Shown here piece after piece: positions 19,691 through 28,940 of a stretch of DNA of 64,000 bases. The stretch is from Thermofilaceae archaeon (lineage in GTDB: Archaea; Thermoproteota; Thermoprotei; Thermofilales; Thermofilaceae). Location: contig JAWCCZ010000003.1 in assembly GCA_038861545.1 (NCBI GenBank), positions 64,001-128,000 of the forward strand, read 5' to 3'. A program made the translations under genes and the position numbers. The notes under the pieces were generated by a model, which worked only from the letters and a program-made list of their open reading frames with translations, was not told the origin of the DNA and ran no database searches. Each line of letters begins with the position of its first letter. Within the stretch, counting starts at the first letter, position 1.

Positions 19691-19815
19691 ACAATAAATT
19701 AGAAAATTATTATAAAAATTCAATCGCCTCTACTTTTGGGAGCATGTTTTACGTTACATCTTTGCATAACCAGAGGAACTTAACAATTTTAAAGGAGTGT
19801 AACAATAAGTAACCT

Positions 19816-20460
19816 ATGGGCCAGATAGAGTTCCGTGGAGTTAGAATTACTCGCCTGAATCATGCAGCTTTTAAGCTTGAAAACGGTGGAAAAGTAATTT
19901 ATATTGATCCTTTTCAGTTAACATCCTCTCCTAAAGACGGAAACATAATTATATGCACGCACGACCATTATGATCATTGTAGTATTGAAGATATTCAGAA
20001 GGTCATTAAGCCGAATGGAGTTATTATTGCATCCATAAATTGTGAGTCTAAACTAAAAATTTTAAGAAATGAGATTAAATTATTGAACCCTCATGACCAA
20101 CTTACTGTTAACCATGTAATAGTGACCGCAGTGCCAGCATATAATATTAAGAAACGCTACCATCCTAGGGATTACAAAGGTATTGGCGTCGTTATCGAAA
20201 TAGCTGGAGTGCGAGTTTACCATGCTGGAGATACCGATTTGATTCCCGAAATGGATTATCTCAGCGGTAAAGTTGATGTAGCACTGGTACCGATAAGCGG
20301 AGTATATGTAATGGATGTCGAAGAGGCAATAGAAGCTATTAAACGGGTAAGACCAGCTCTTGCCATACCGATGCATTACGGCGCTATTGTAGGGGGATCT
20401 CAGGATGCTGAGCGGTTCCGTCAGGGATTGCGAGGCATTTGCGATGTCGTAATCATTTAG
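19816..20460 (+). CDS. Metallo-beta-lactamase fold hydrolase
   Basis: THDHYDH, HAGDTD, PMHYG. Confidence 0.9.
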   Translation: MGQIEFRGVRITRLNHAAFKLENGGKVIYIDPFQLTSSPKDGNIIICTHDHYDHCSIEDIQKVIKPNGVIIASINCESKLKILRNEIKLLNPHDQLTVNHVIVTAVPAYNIKKRYHPRDYKGIGVVIEIAGVRVYHAGDTDLIPEMDYLSGKVDVALVPISGVYVMDVEEAIEAIKRVRPALAIPMHYGAIVGGSQDAERFRQGLRGICDVVII

Positions 20461-20499
20461 AGCACATAATAAATTAAAACCTGAATCGATTGTTACATG

Positions 20500-20560
20500 A
20501 GCTGTGACGAAGGTCTGGAGCGCTGAGCTGTTAGGCAATGAGGATAACCAAAATTACAGA
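20500..20560 (+). ncRNA. Candidate box C/D guide RNA (guide AGGTCTGGAGCG; predicted tRNA-Trp Cm34)
   Basis: GTGACGA (20504-10) + 12-nt guide + CTGA (20523-26); guide complementary to GCUCCAGACC. Second guide unit and RNA ends uncertain. Confidence 0.55.
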
Positions 20561-20714
20561 GGATGAGCGGCAAACAGTTCGAGTATCAGTTAGAATACCC
20601 AGTGAACAGTATAGGGCGCTAAAGAGCCTTGTAGATGAAGGGATTTACTCTTCTATATCAGACGTGGTTAGGGAAGCAATAACAAGGCTTGTGAAAGAAT
20701 GCTCGACTCCCTAA
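20538..20714 (+). CDS. Ribbon-helix-helix (CopG/Arc/MetJ) DNA-binding protein
   Basis: Manual 58-aa ORF MRITKITEDERQTVRVSVRIPSEQYRALKSLVDEGIYSSISDVVREAITRLVKECSTP. Confidence 0.85.
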   Translation: MRITKITEDERQTVRVSVRIPSEQYRALKSLVDEGIYSSISDVVREAITRLVKECSTP

Positions 20715-20731
20715 AGCATTCAAGGAAGCCA

Positions 20732-21475
20732 TTATACATAGAATGGTGGCATACTTTCTCTTCGGCTTTTATCAGATTCCTTAAGCATAGTTGTCATTTC
20801 AGCTTCCCTTGCTTTTATCTCCTCTATCAGTTTATCTAAATTACTTGTATTCACTTCAAGTTGAAAGAGCTTAGCTAAAGCTAGGACTACTCGTTTAGCT
20901 GCGAGTGGGTCAGGCTCTATTTGAGCAGTGTAACCCATAAGCACGTAGGCTTTCAGGCCTCGAATGCTAGCTAGAATTGGTAAGAGACCACATGCGCCAG
21001 TTATCACACCGCCCGGCGAGGGTTTTAAACCATGTTTAGTTAGTTCTTCGCCTATTTCTCTTCTGGTTGCCGCGAAATACACGTTCTCTTTCTCGCCCAT
21101 AGTGGTACCACATACTCCGACAACCTCTCTTCCACCAATCATCTGGAAATAATCGATCACTCGCTCTGCTATTTCGTACTGCATCCAGGTTACAGGTTGT
21201 GTCGGAGCTGTTAGAAACAACAAATCCCTTCCCCCGGTACTATAGTGATAAAAATCATATGTGGGGAGTTTAAGTATTCCTTCATCATCCACTAGGACTG
21301 CAATGTTTTGTTGAAGGAGCAACCCATCCGAGATTAGCTCAGCTATCTTACGTAGATTTAGTTCGCGAATAATATAGTCAACTGCTATTTTCCCCACTAG
21401 CCCTATGCCTGGTAATCCTTGAATTAATACGCCGTTCCTTAAAATAATTCTCTCTAATTCTCTTAGCTTAATCAT
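20732..21475 (-). CDS. PAC2-family proteasome assembly chaperone-like protein
   Basis: IQGLPGIGLVGKIAVDY, GVITGACGLL, PDPLAAK; C-terminal FYV (HbYX-like). Confidence 0.88.
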   Translation of the reverse strand: MIKLRELERIILRNGVLIQGLPGIGLVGKIAVDYIIRELNLRKIAELISDGLLLQQNIAVLVDDEGILKLPTYDFYHYSTGGRDLLFLTAPTQPVTWMQYEIAERVIDYFQMIGGREVVGVCGTTMGEKENVYFAATRREIGEELTKHGLKPSPGGVITGACGLLPILASIRGLKAYVLMGYTAQIEPDPLAAKRVVLALAKLFQLEVNTSNLDKLIEEIKAREAEMTTMLKESDKSRRESMPPFYV

Positions 21476-21541
21476 CTTCCTTACCTATCGTTAATTTTAC
21501 CAAGTAATTAATTTTAATGTCCCACAGGGCTTTATCGTACA

Positions 21542-23056
21542 ATGAAAACTCCTCTGGTTCTAGGCATAGATGTGGGTACGGGTGGCTGTAAGGCTGTTGC
21601 ATATGATTTTGCAGGCAATCAGGTGTATTCCGCTTATAAAGAGTACAAGGTCCTTCATCCCAGGGTTGGATGGGCTGAACAGGATCCTCTGGATTGGTGG
21701 AGGATAACCCTTACAGTTGTGAGGGAAGTGGTGGATAAAATAGGAGCAGATAATATCGAATCGGTGAGTGTCACCTCGCAGAGGGAAGCATTCGCTCCAA
21801 TTGACAGAAGAGGTCAAGTAATAGCTAACGCTATTATATGGCTTGATCAAAGGGCAAGTAAACAGGAGAGATGGATCAAAGAGAAAGTAGGGGTTCAACG
21901 TGTACTTGAGATTACTGGATTACCTGTTGACCAAATGTTCTCTGCTGTGAAGCTCCTTTGGTTTAAAGAAGAAATGCCACAAAAATACAGTAAGATAAGT
22001 ACCTTGCTTTTTCCCAAGGATTTTATAATTTACATGTTTACTGGAATCGCAGCCACAGACTACAGTATGGCGTCACGCACAATGCTTCTTGACATCTGTC
22101 GGCTTGAGTGGTCAACAGAGCTCTGCGAAATGCTAGATATATCAATAGATATCCTTCCTCCGCTTAAGAGCTCATGGGAGGTTGTTGGAGAAGTTACTGC
22201 TGAAGCTGCGGAGCTCACTGGTCTACGAAAAGGAACACCTGTTGTTGCAGGTGGCGGCGACCGTCCTTGTGAAGCTCTCGGCTCCGGCACAGTTAGAGAA
22301 GGGGAAGTTAACATAGGTACGGGGACAGGTACATGTTTTGAAGCCCCTGTTTCACAACCAAAGCCGGATGCAAAGGCCAGAATTGATTTATGTGTTCATG
22401 TGGTACCTAAAACTTGGGAGTATGAAGTCGTCATACCTGCAACCGGTGAGTCGTTAAGATGGTTCAGGGACCAGTTAGGATGGTGGGAGGCTGAAGAAGC
22501 TAAGAAAAAAGGCATTTCAGTGTACAGCTTAATGCTTGAAGAAGCGTCTACCGTTTCGCCTGGAGCTGACGGCGTGTTATACTATCCTTACCTTTGGGGA
22601 GCAAAAGTACCTTACTTCAACCCTAATGCCAAAGGCGCATTTATTGGTTTTACTCATGCACATACTAGGGCTCATTTAATCCGAGCTGTGCTAGAGGGCG
22701 TAGCCTATCACTATACAGGCGCTATGGCAATTCTTCAGGAGCTAGGAATTAGGATTAGACGAGTCACTATGACTGGTGGGGAGGTTCGAGGTAGGTTATG
22801 GAATGAAATTAAAGCAGCAGCTTTAGGTTTAAAACTACTGATCCCAAAAGTTACTGATGCAGCAAGTTTAGGCGCAGCAGTACTAGCAGCAATCGGTGCT
22901 GGTTGCTTTGGCTCTTTTGAGCGAGCAATCGATTCAATGATTCACATAGCCGAAGAGTATATGCCTGATTCAGTACTAAGTAATAAGTATGCTGAGTTAC
23001 GCCGGGTGTATAAAGAAGTGTACCGGCACTTAGAGGGCGCTTTCGAGGTTCTCTGA
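21542..23056 (+). CDS. FGGY-family carbohydrate kinase (xylulokinase-like)
   Basis: GIDVGTGGCKA, WAEQDP, IIWLDQR, TDYSMASRTML, RAVLEGVAY. Confidence 0.9.
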   Translation: MKTPLVLGIDVGTGGCKAVAYDFAGNQVYSAYKEYKVLHPRVGWAEQDPLDWWRITLTVVREVVDKIGADNIESVSVTSQREAFAPIDRRGQVIANAIIWLDQRASKQERWIKEKVGVQRVLEITGLPVDQMFSAVKLLWFKEEMPQKYSKISTLLFPKDFIIYMFTGIAATDYSMASRTMLLDICRLEWSTELCEMLDISIDILPPLKSSWEVVGEVTAEAAELTGLRKGTPVVAGGGDRPCEALGSGTVREGEVNIGTGTGTCFEAPVSQPKPDAKARIDLCVHVVPKTWEYEVVIPATGESLRWFRDQLGWWEAEEAKKKGISVYSLMLEEASTVSPGADGVLYYPYLWGAKVPYFNPNAKGAFIGFTHAHTRAHLIRAVLEGVAYHYTGAMAILQELGIRIRRVTMTGGEVRGRLWNEIKAAALGLKLLIPKVTDAASLGAAVLAAIGAGCFGSFERAIDSMIHIAEEYMPDSVLSNKYAELRRVYKEVYRHLEGAFEVL

Positions 23057-23108
23057 ACTTTTTCTCTCATGCCATAAGGTTTTTAGGTTTTCTCAGTTAA
23101 AGGTGCTG

Positions 23109-23209
23109 AGCCCGGTGGTGTAGCGGCAAGCATACGGGGCTTTGATTTCGAACCAATTGGTTCGAAAGAGTATGCCCCCGAGACCGGGGTTCGAATCCCC
23201 GCCGGGCTA
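23109..23209 (+). tRNA. tRNA-Gln(UUG) with 29-nt intron best placed at 36/37 (23145-23173)
   Basis: Acceptor AGCCCGG/CCGGGCT (A1-U72 typical of archaeal Gln), anticodon stem CGGGG/CCCCG, T-loop TTCGAAT; BHB central helix GCUU/GAGU. Confidence 0.92.
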
Positions 23210-23297
23210 TCATTTTATGTTTTGTTATTATAACGAGTCATTACATCGATAATTTGAGCAGGAAACTTTACATTGATGTAGGTAATGGTTTCATAGT

Positions 23298-24362
23298 ATG
23301 TCTGAAATGGGTTTAAGGGAGGCTCAATGGTATGAAGCATTGGGCATAGAGAGGGTTAGGTGTAAGCTCTGCCCTTGGTTTTGTGTACTCGAGCCTGGAC
23401 GCATAGGATTCTGTGGTGTAAGAGAAAATAGGAATGGAAAACTTGTCACCTTAGTATATGGGCTGGCCTCTTCAATAGCAATCGATCCAATCGAAAAGAA
23501 ACCTTTGTATAATTTTTACCCGGGGGCACCGATAGTAAGTATAAGCACAGTAGGCTGCAATTTTAAGTGCCCGTGGTGTCAGAATTGGAGTATTTCACAA
23601 TTACAGCCTAGCAGGACTACTTTAGACTACTTAGAACCTGAAAAAGTTGTTAAAATAATGAAAAGGTATGAAGTACCATTTTTAGCTTTTACCTATAATG
23701 AGCCTTTCATATGGTATGAATATGTTCTTGACGTTGCTAGGTTAGTGAAAAGGGAAGGAGGTTTCAATGTACTTGTAACCAACGGTCATGTTAACGCGGA
23801 GCCGCTGGAGGAACTAGTTAAATATATTGATGCAGCTAATGTTGATATTAAATCTTTCAATAGTGAAACCTACTTAAAGATTATCAAAGGTAAGTTAGAT
23901 GCTGTTCTCACCACTACTAGTTTGATGAAAGAGAGGGGAGTTCATATTGAAACAACTTACTTAGTAGTGCCGAATGTTAACGATAGAATTGATGAGTTTG
24001 TTCGGATGGTTAAATGGCATCTAGATATTCTAGGACCCGACACACCGCTTCATATTTCACGCTTCTATCCAGCATACAAGCTTATCGATAGATCGCCTAC
24101 ACCAGTCGAAACATTGACGCTTTTTTGGAAAAGTGCAAGAAATGAGGGGTTAAATTATGTATACGTAGGCAACGTGCCGGGTCATAGCGGCGAATACACG
24201 TACTGCCCAAGTTGTGGTAAACCAGTTATCAAGAGAGTTGGATACGATATAACTGAATGGAACTTAACACCGGGAGATAATAGATGTAAATTATGTGGAG
24301 CTAAAGTAACTATAACAGGCTATAAATGGACAAGTCGGCACAGTATACATTATTACCTCTAG
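23298..24362 (+). CDS. amrS: AmmeMemoRadiSam system radical SAM enzyme
   Basis: CKLCP..C, DPIEKKPL, GCNFKCPWCQNW, FTYNEP, LHISRFYP, YVYVGNV. Confidence 0.88.
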   Translation: MSEMGLREAQWYEALGIERVRCKLCPWFCVLEPGRIGFCGVRENRNGKLVTLVYGLASSIAIDPIEKKPLYNFYPGAPIVSISTVGCNFKCPWCQNWSISQLQPSRTTLDYLEPEKVVKIMKRYEVPFLAFTYNEPFIWYEYVLDVARLVKREGGFNVLVTNGHVNAEPLEELVKYIDAANVDIKSFNSETYLKIIKGKLDAVLTTTSLMKERGVHIETTYLVVPNVNDRIDEFVRMVKWHLDILGPDTPLHISRFYPAYKLIDRSPTPVETLTLFWKSARNEGLNYVYVGNVPGHSGEYTYCPSCGKPVIKRVGYDITEWNLTPGDNRCKLCGAKVTITGYKWTSRHSIHYYL

Positions 24363-24877
24363 CGAGGGAGCGTAACCCCTCTTTGACCCTGATACCTACC
24401 ATGGTATGGTACAGGTTCTCCCTCAATCCTGTAGAAAACTATATGCGCAAACCTTATCCCTCTTTTCAAAATTACTGGAAAAGCTCCTCCGTGAATCTCT
24501 AATGTTATTTCTCCCTCAAACCCACTATCTATAACCGTTGGAGGTATGCTGAGACCCAATCTAGCAAAGGTGCTTCTTAACTCTACAAGGCCAGCAACGT
24601 CGCAGGGCATCTTAACACATTCTAGAGTCGAAACTAGAATTTTCATGTATGGTTGGAGCACAAAGCTCGAGTCTAGTTTTAAGACCTTATAATATTCTCT
24701 TAGATCTGCCTCTGCCAGTTTATCGGGGTCTATTGGAAGGGGGTTATTCAATAAAACCGCCACCTCATCACCTATCCTGAGATCCACTCCATTTTCTCTA
24801 ACAAGTTCGGCGCTGAAGGGGTCTATTCGTAGATGCCCCTTTTCTATTAACTTCTTTATCTCCTCGCCTGAAAGCAT
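24359..24877 (-). CDS. dcd: dCTP deaminase
   Basis: RENGVDLRIG, RSTFARLG, IDSGFEG.ITLE, YHGRYQGQ.GVT. Confidence 0.93.
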   Translation of the reverse strand: MLSGEEIKKLIEKGHLRIDPFSAELVRENGVDLRIGDEVAVLLNNPLPIDPDKLAEADLREYYKVLKLDSSFVLQPYMKILVSTLECVKMPCDVAGLVELRSTFARLGLSIPPTVIDSGFEGEITLEIHGGAFPVILKRGIRFAHIVFYRIEGEPVPYHGRYQGQRGVTLPR

Positions 24878-24937
24878 AGGACTTTAGCCTAAGTCAAGTT
24901 AAAGCCCTATCGCTTAAGCATACTGTTGGAGGGGTTC

Positions 24938-25792
24938 CTATCTTCGGATGAATATTACGCCTTCTCCTACACTTACACCCACCGTACTGGCCACGGGCAA
25001 GCACTTAGCTCTGAAAATATGTAGAACCGGTTTGTCGAACCTCCACTCCTCAAAGGATTCAAACGCAGCCATCCCTTTAGCAATAACTAGGTCACACTTT
25101 TCCAAAGCTTTCAAAGCCTCATCTGAAATTTCTCCGGGTAATGGACCAGCAGAATCTGTACCGGTTCCTATAACGTTAGCATAATCAGCGAAGCCTAATG
25201 CAACTGCTTCTTCAACAGTTACATCGTTCTGGTAAGGCAAACTTTTTGCTAAGACAGTGACCTTTAACCCAATACTGCTAAGCAGCTTAATTATTTCTAG
25301 GTCAATAAGTCCTTCCCCCGAATTATCCAAAGTATAAACAATATGTTTAGAGTTAATAACTAATTCATATGCTTCTTTACTTTCATCTAAACCGATTTTT
25401 ATATTGAATGATACATTTAATGCCTCATAGCCTGGAACACCGGGATCTAATGAGTTAGCATTTATCGATGCTATGAGTAACTTTTTGAAAAGTTCATAAC
25501 TTTCAAGTGAAACTATTTGATCTTTAAGTTTAGGAATAAGTATTTTTTTAACGAGTTCATTACTATCTCTTTTAAATATTAAGTATGGATCTTTATTATA
25601 TGTTAAAAACTTTACTAACCGAAATGTTTCATTAGCTAATCTAATAGTAGATGAGTGAGAATTTACTTTTTCAAGTAACTCGTGAAGTCTTGCTAAAGCA
25701 TAGATTTTTTCTTCCGGATCTAGTTCAGAGTTCAGTATTTCCCTTGCCCTTGCCGCATATATACATGGAACGCAAATAGGCCATATGCGCAT
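24938..25792 (-). CDS. DUF89/ARMT1-like damage-control phosphatase
   Basis: C.PC, DPY..K, AN.LD, DNSGE, QNDVT, IAKGM, AKC. Confidence 0.88.
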   Translation of the reverse strand: MRIWPICVPCIYAARAREILNSELDPEEKIYALARLHELLEKVNSHSSTIRLANETFRLVKFLTYNKDPYLIFKRDSNELVKKILIPKLKDQIVSLESYELFKKLLIASINANSLDPGVPGYEALNVSFNIKIGLDESKEAYELVINSKHIVYTLDNSGEGLIDLEIIKLLSSIGLKVTVLAKSLPYQNDVTVEEAVALGFADYANVIGTGTDSAGPLPGEISDEALKALEKCDLVIAKGMAAFESFEEWRFDKPVLHIFRAKCLPVASTVGVSVGEGVIFIRR

Positions 25793-25952
25793 TGCCGCAG
25801 AAGCAACAAAAGCCGTTTAAGCTTTACTTTAAAAACTCTAGTTAAGCTATACTGAGCAAATTCTCTCGCTTAGATACAATTTTAAATTGAAATAAATGCT
25901 AGTTAGTTTTCATCAAATTTAAAGCTTAAGATCGTTAAGAGAAAACGGATGA

Positions 25953-26064
25953 CGGGCCGGCCGGGATTCGAACCCGGGTCCTCTGGGTATCTTCCATCTA
26001 GTTAAAAGCCTCGACCGCAGCATTTGCTGCGCCCATCGCTCTGTCCAGGCTGAGCTACCGGCCC
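25953..26064 (-). tRNA. tRNA-Lys(UUU) with two introns (30/31: 26010-26032; 37/38: 25989-26002)
   Basis: Acceptor GGGCCGG/CCGGCCC, D-arm GCTC/GAGC, two BHB motifs (helices CGAU/GUCG and CUUU/GAAG), T-loop TTCGAAT. Confidence 0.9.
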
Positions 26065-26107
26065 CACTGCTCGAATTCCGCGGGTTTTTTAATTTTTATT
26101 CGTTCAG

Positions 26108-27832
26108 CTACTGGGTTAAGAACCTTACAGCGAATAAAGCTACTACCGCGTACACTAGCAGAAGTGTGGATGTAAAGAGAGCGGCAGGTATGGCTAAGGC
26201 TTCGGCCATATTAACTACTAAAACTGTCAGCATTTCATCTCTACCCATTACCATCATAGTAGCACCAGTTTCCCCTAAAGATCCTAGAAATGCTAGAACT
26301 GAACCAGCCACTATACCTTTTTTCAACACCGGTAGCGTGATCGTTTCTAAGCCGTCATAAGGCGTAGCACCTAAGGTTCTAGCTACATCCTCTAAAACAT
26401 CTACGTCTACAGTTTCGTATGTGGCCATTAAAGTCTCAAAAACAACGGGGGTTGTAAAAGAAATATGAGTTAAAACTGTTAGCCAGATGCTAGGTTCCGC
26501 TAAGTTTAACCCAGCTCTACCGTATAAGAGGAGTGAGGAGAGTCCTTGAGCGCTCGTTGGAACTATAAGGGGTATGCGTATAATCCCCCTGGTAATTGAA
26601 GCTAACTTGGAACGTCTTACAGCTGCGAAAAGAAGTATCGAAACATAAACTGCAGTTAACGTAGCAAGTGAGGCTACGAGAAAAGAGTTAGCTGCGGCTC
26701 TGAGTATCCTAGTCCAATACCCCGAGGGGCCGAAAACCTGGTAAAGTACTCCTCCCTCAATTTTACCTGTATAGGGGTCTCGTTCCCAATATTCGATTAG
26801 AACCTTTACTATAGCAGCTATGGGGGCCAGAGTTAGCAAAGCTAAAATTATCGTCAAAACCGACTTAGTTGTATACGCTATGTATTTTCTAGTGGCAAGG
26901 TTGCTCTCCAACTTTAATAGTACTTTTTCTACTCTGCTTGGTTTAACCTCTCTTCTTATTGCAACCTTTTTCGATATTGATTCCGTGGGCAGAACTAATG
27001 CGAGTGTTGATGCTATGAGGAGACTAGCTAGTAAGCTAGCTAAACCGAGTTTCATAGCTCCTGCAAGCCTAACAATAGCAACACTTGCGGTAATGTTAAC
27101 ACCGGCCACTATAATTGTAGCACCAGTCTCGCCGAGTGAGCGAGTCAACACTAATACCGAGCTTGACAGAAGGCTTGGCAGAATGATGGGTAAGGTAATC
27201 CTCCTAAACGTGGTAAGCGCTGAAGCTCCCAATGAACGCGAGACTAGCTCGTAGGTTTCTCCCAAAGTCTCGATCGTGGCAGTAAGCGGTCGTATAATGT
27301 AAGGGAGTGTTAAAGCTATATGGGTTAGAAGAAGTAGAGTCGGTACTTGAAGAAATGATATAGTGGAATTCTGAGGTATAAGACCCTCGCTTAAACCTAA
27401 AAAGGAAGCCAACCCTGAAGGGTTGCTCCACGTCATTAAAATAGCGAAACCATATGCAGATGTTGGTACCACAAGAGGTAACACAGCTACATCCTCTAGA
27501 AAACGTCTAGCTAAAATCTTTTTCCTAGCTAGAAAATAGCTGAGCGGAAGCCCGATCAATAGATCTACAATTAAAGTTGTTATTGCTAGTCTAAGGGATA
27601 GCTCTACGGATCGAGTTATAAATCGCCAGTAGCCTGCTCCTACGATATACTGGTTAAACGTCTCCCCCCATACTTCTTGCAAATCTATCAATACATAAAA
27701 CACTATGTAGAGGGGAGGAGCTAGTACGAGTAGGCTAACAATCGTTATTATACTAATTACATATATTTTTTGGATATTTTTCCTTATCTCTCGGTGCAAG
27801 TTTTTCAATATAATGGTTTTTTCCCTATACAC
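26108..27832 (-). CDS. ABC transporter permease, duplicated domain (Fe3+/thiamine/sulfate/molybdate class)
   Basis: Two EAA-like loops (SRSLGAS..., ARTLGAT...), two SLGETGAT motifs, many TM segments. Confidence 0.9.
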   Translation of the reverse strand: MYREKTIILKNLHREIRKNIQKIYVISIITIVSLLVLAPPLYIVFYVLIDLQEVWGETFNQYIVGAGYWRFITRSVELSLRLAITTLIVDLLIGLPLSYFLARKKILARRFLEDVAVLPLVVPTSAYGFAILMTWSNPSGLASFLGLSEGLIPQNSTISFLQVPTLLLLTHIALTLPYIIRPLTATIETLGETYELVSRSLGASALTTFRRITLPIILPSLLSSSVLVLTRSLGETGATIIVAGVNITASVAIVRLAGAMKLGLASLLASLLIASTLALVLPTESISKKVAIRREVKPSRVEKVLLKLESNLATRKYIAYTTKSVLTIILALLTLAPIAAIVKVLIEYWERDPYTGKIEGGVLYQVFGPSGYWTRILRAAANSFLVASLATLTAVYVSILLFAAVRRSKLASITRGIIRIPLIVPTSAQGLSSLLLYGRAGLNLAEPSIWLTVLTHISFTTPVVFETLMATYETVDVDVLEDVARTLGATPYDGLETITLPVLKKGIVAGSVLAFLGSLGETGATMMVMGRDEMLTVLVVNMAEALAIPAALFTSTLLLVYAVVALFAVRFLTQ

Positions 27833-28940
27833 CCGGGTTCCTCACCTCGATCCACGCGTCTAGCACCGCCTCTAAGACTTCTCCCCTCGGAGGATTAAGT
27901 GCGGGGTAGGGTATTTTCTCTATTACGCCATTACCGGGGTTGAAGATACGGGCATTAATAGGTACTAGAGGGTTTACTGGACGGAATCCATACTCTTGAG
28001 CTTTTTCCTGCGGTTGAGATTGTAAAAGGAATATCAGGAATTCTCTGGCAGCCAGGCGTTTCCAGTCATCAACCCATGGTGCCTCGATTAGAACTAACGG
28101 GTGATCAGAGTACAGGGTTCCATAAGGGGTATAAACTGCACTTAAAGATACTTTCCATTTAGCTCTGGATTTAGCTGAGCTACTTATTACTATATTCTCG
28201 TAGGCCGCGAAAAACGTTATTGCCGATGGACCGTTTTCTGCAGCCCAATCGCCGAAGAAACCAGTGGACTTACCATAATATACAGCTTTTTGTTCAATGG
28301 TTTTAACGAATTCCAACACCATAGGATTACGAACATCTTCTATAGTTAACTGACTCGGAGTCTTATTTGCTGCTTCACAGAACTCTAGCAATAGAGCCAT
28401 TAAACCGCTATTTGATAGCATTGGATCCGTGTGACCATATTTAAAATCAACACCAAGCTTAGCAAGTGTGTAGAGGTCTCGAAAGGTGCTAACTTTATAC
28501 TCTTCTACTAAGTGACTCCAACCAGCTATCACAATCGGACTAAGTACTACTGGGTACCAGCTACTGACTATACTACCACCGTGTATATCTTTCCATTTAC
28601 TTTCCAAGTAAGGTATCCAGATACTTGAGGCCGGGCTCCAGACATCGGGTCTAACACTGCCGCTAAGTATCAGACTAACGCTTTCATGCGAACCAGTCAC
28701 GTAAGGAACCAAGTTTAAACGAATACCATATTTTTCATAGAAGTATTCTTCAAATAACGGTTTAATCGTATTTATCCAACATTCTTTTTCGCTTGTATAA
28801 AGGAAAACCAAATCTATGCTCTCAGGCCTAGTTATCGAGGAGGTTGTCGCTTGTGATCCATAAGTTCTAGCAAATAAACTAGCTAAACCGAGTCCCAGTA
28901 AAAGCCCAGTTATAAGTAACAAATAACCGCGTTTTACCAC
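27825..28940 (-). CDS. ABC-type substrate-binding protein of the vWA-associated (SBP_bac_11-like) class
   Basis: N-terminal signal anchor; SEK, PDVWSPAS, SPIVIA, TDP..SNSG, STG, YEN, SDHP, GFRP motifs. Confidence 0.8.
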   Translation of the reverse strand: MVKRGYLLLITGLLLGLGLASLFARTYGSQATTSSITRPESIDLVFLYTSEKECWINTIKPLFEEYFYEKYGIRLNLVPYVTGSHESVSLILSGSVRPDVWSPASSIWIPYLESKWKDIHGGSIVSSWYPVVLSPIVIAGWSHLVEEYKVSTFRDLYTLAKLGVDFKYGHTDPMLSNSGLMALLLEFCEAANKTPSQLTIEDVRNPMVLEFVKTIEQKAVYYGKSTGFFGDWAAENGPSAITFFAAYENIVISSSAKSRAKWKVSLSAVYTPYGTLYSDHPLVLIEAPWVDDWKRLAAREFLIFLLQSQPQEKAQEYGFRPVNPLVPINARIFNPGNGVIEKIPYPALNPPRGEVLEAVLDAWIEVRNPGV

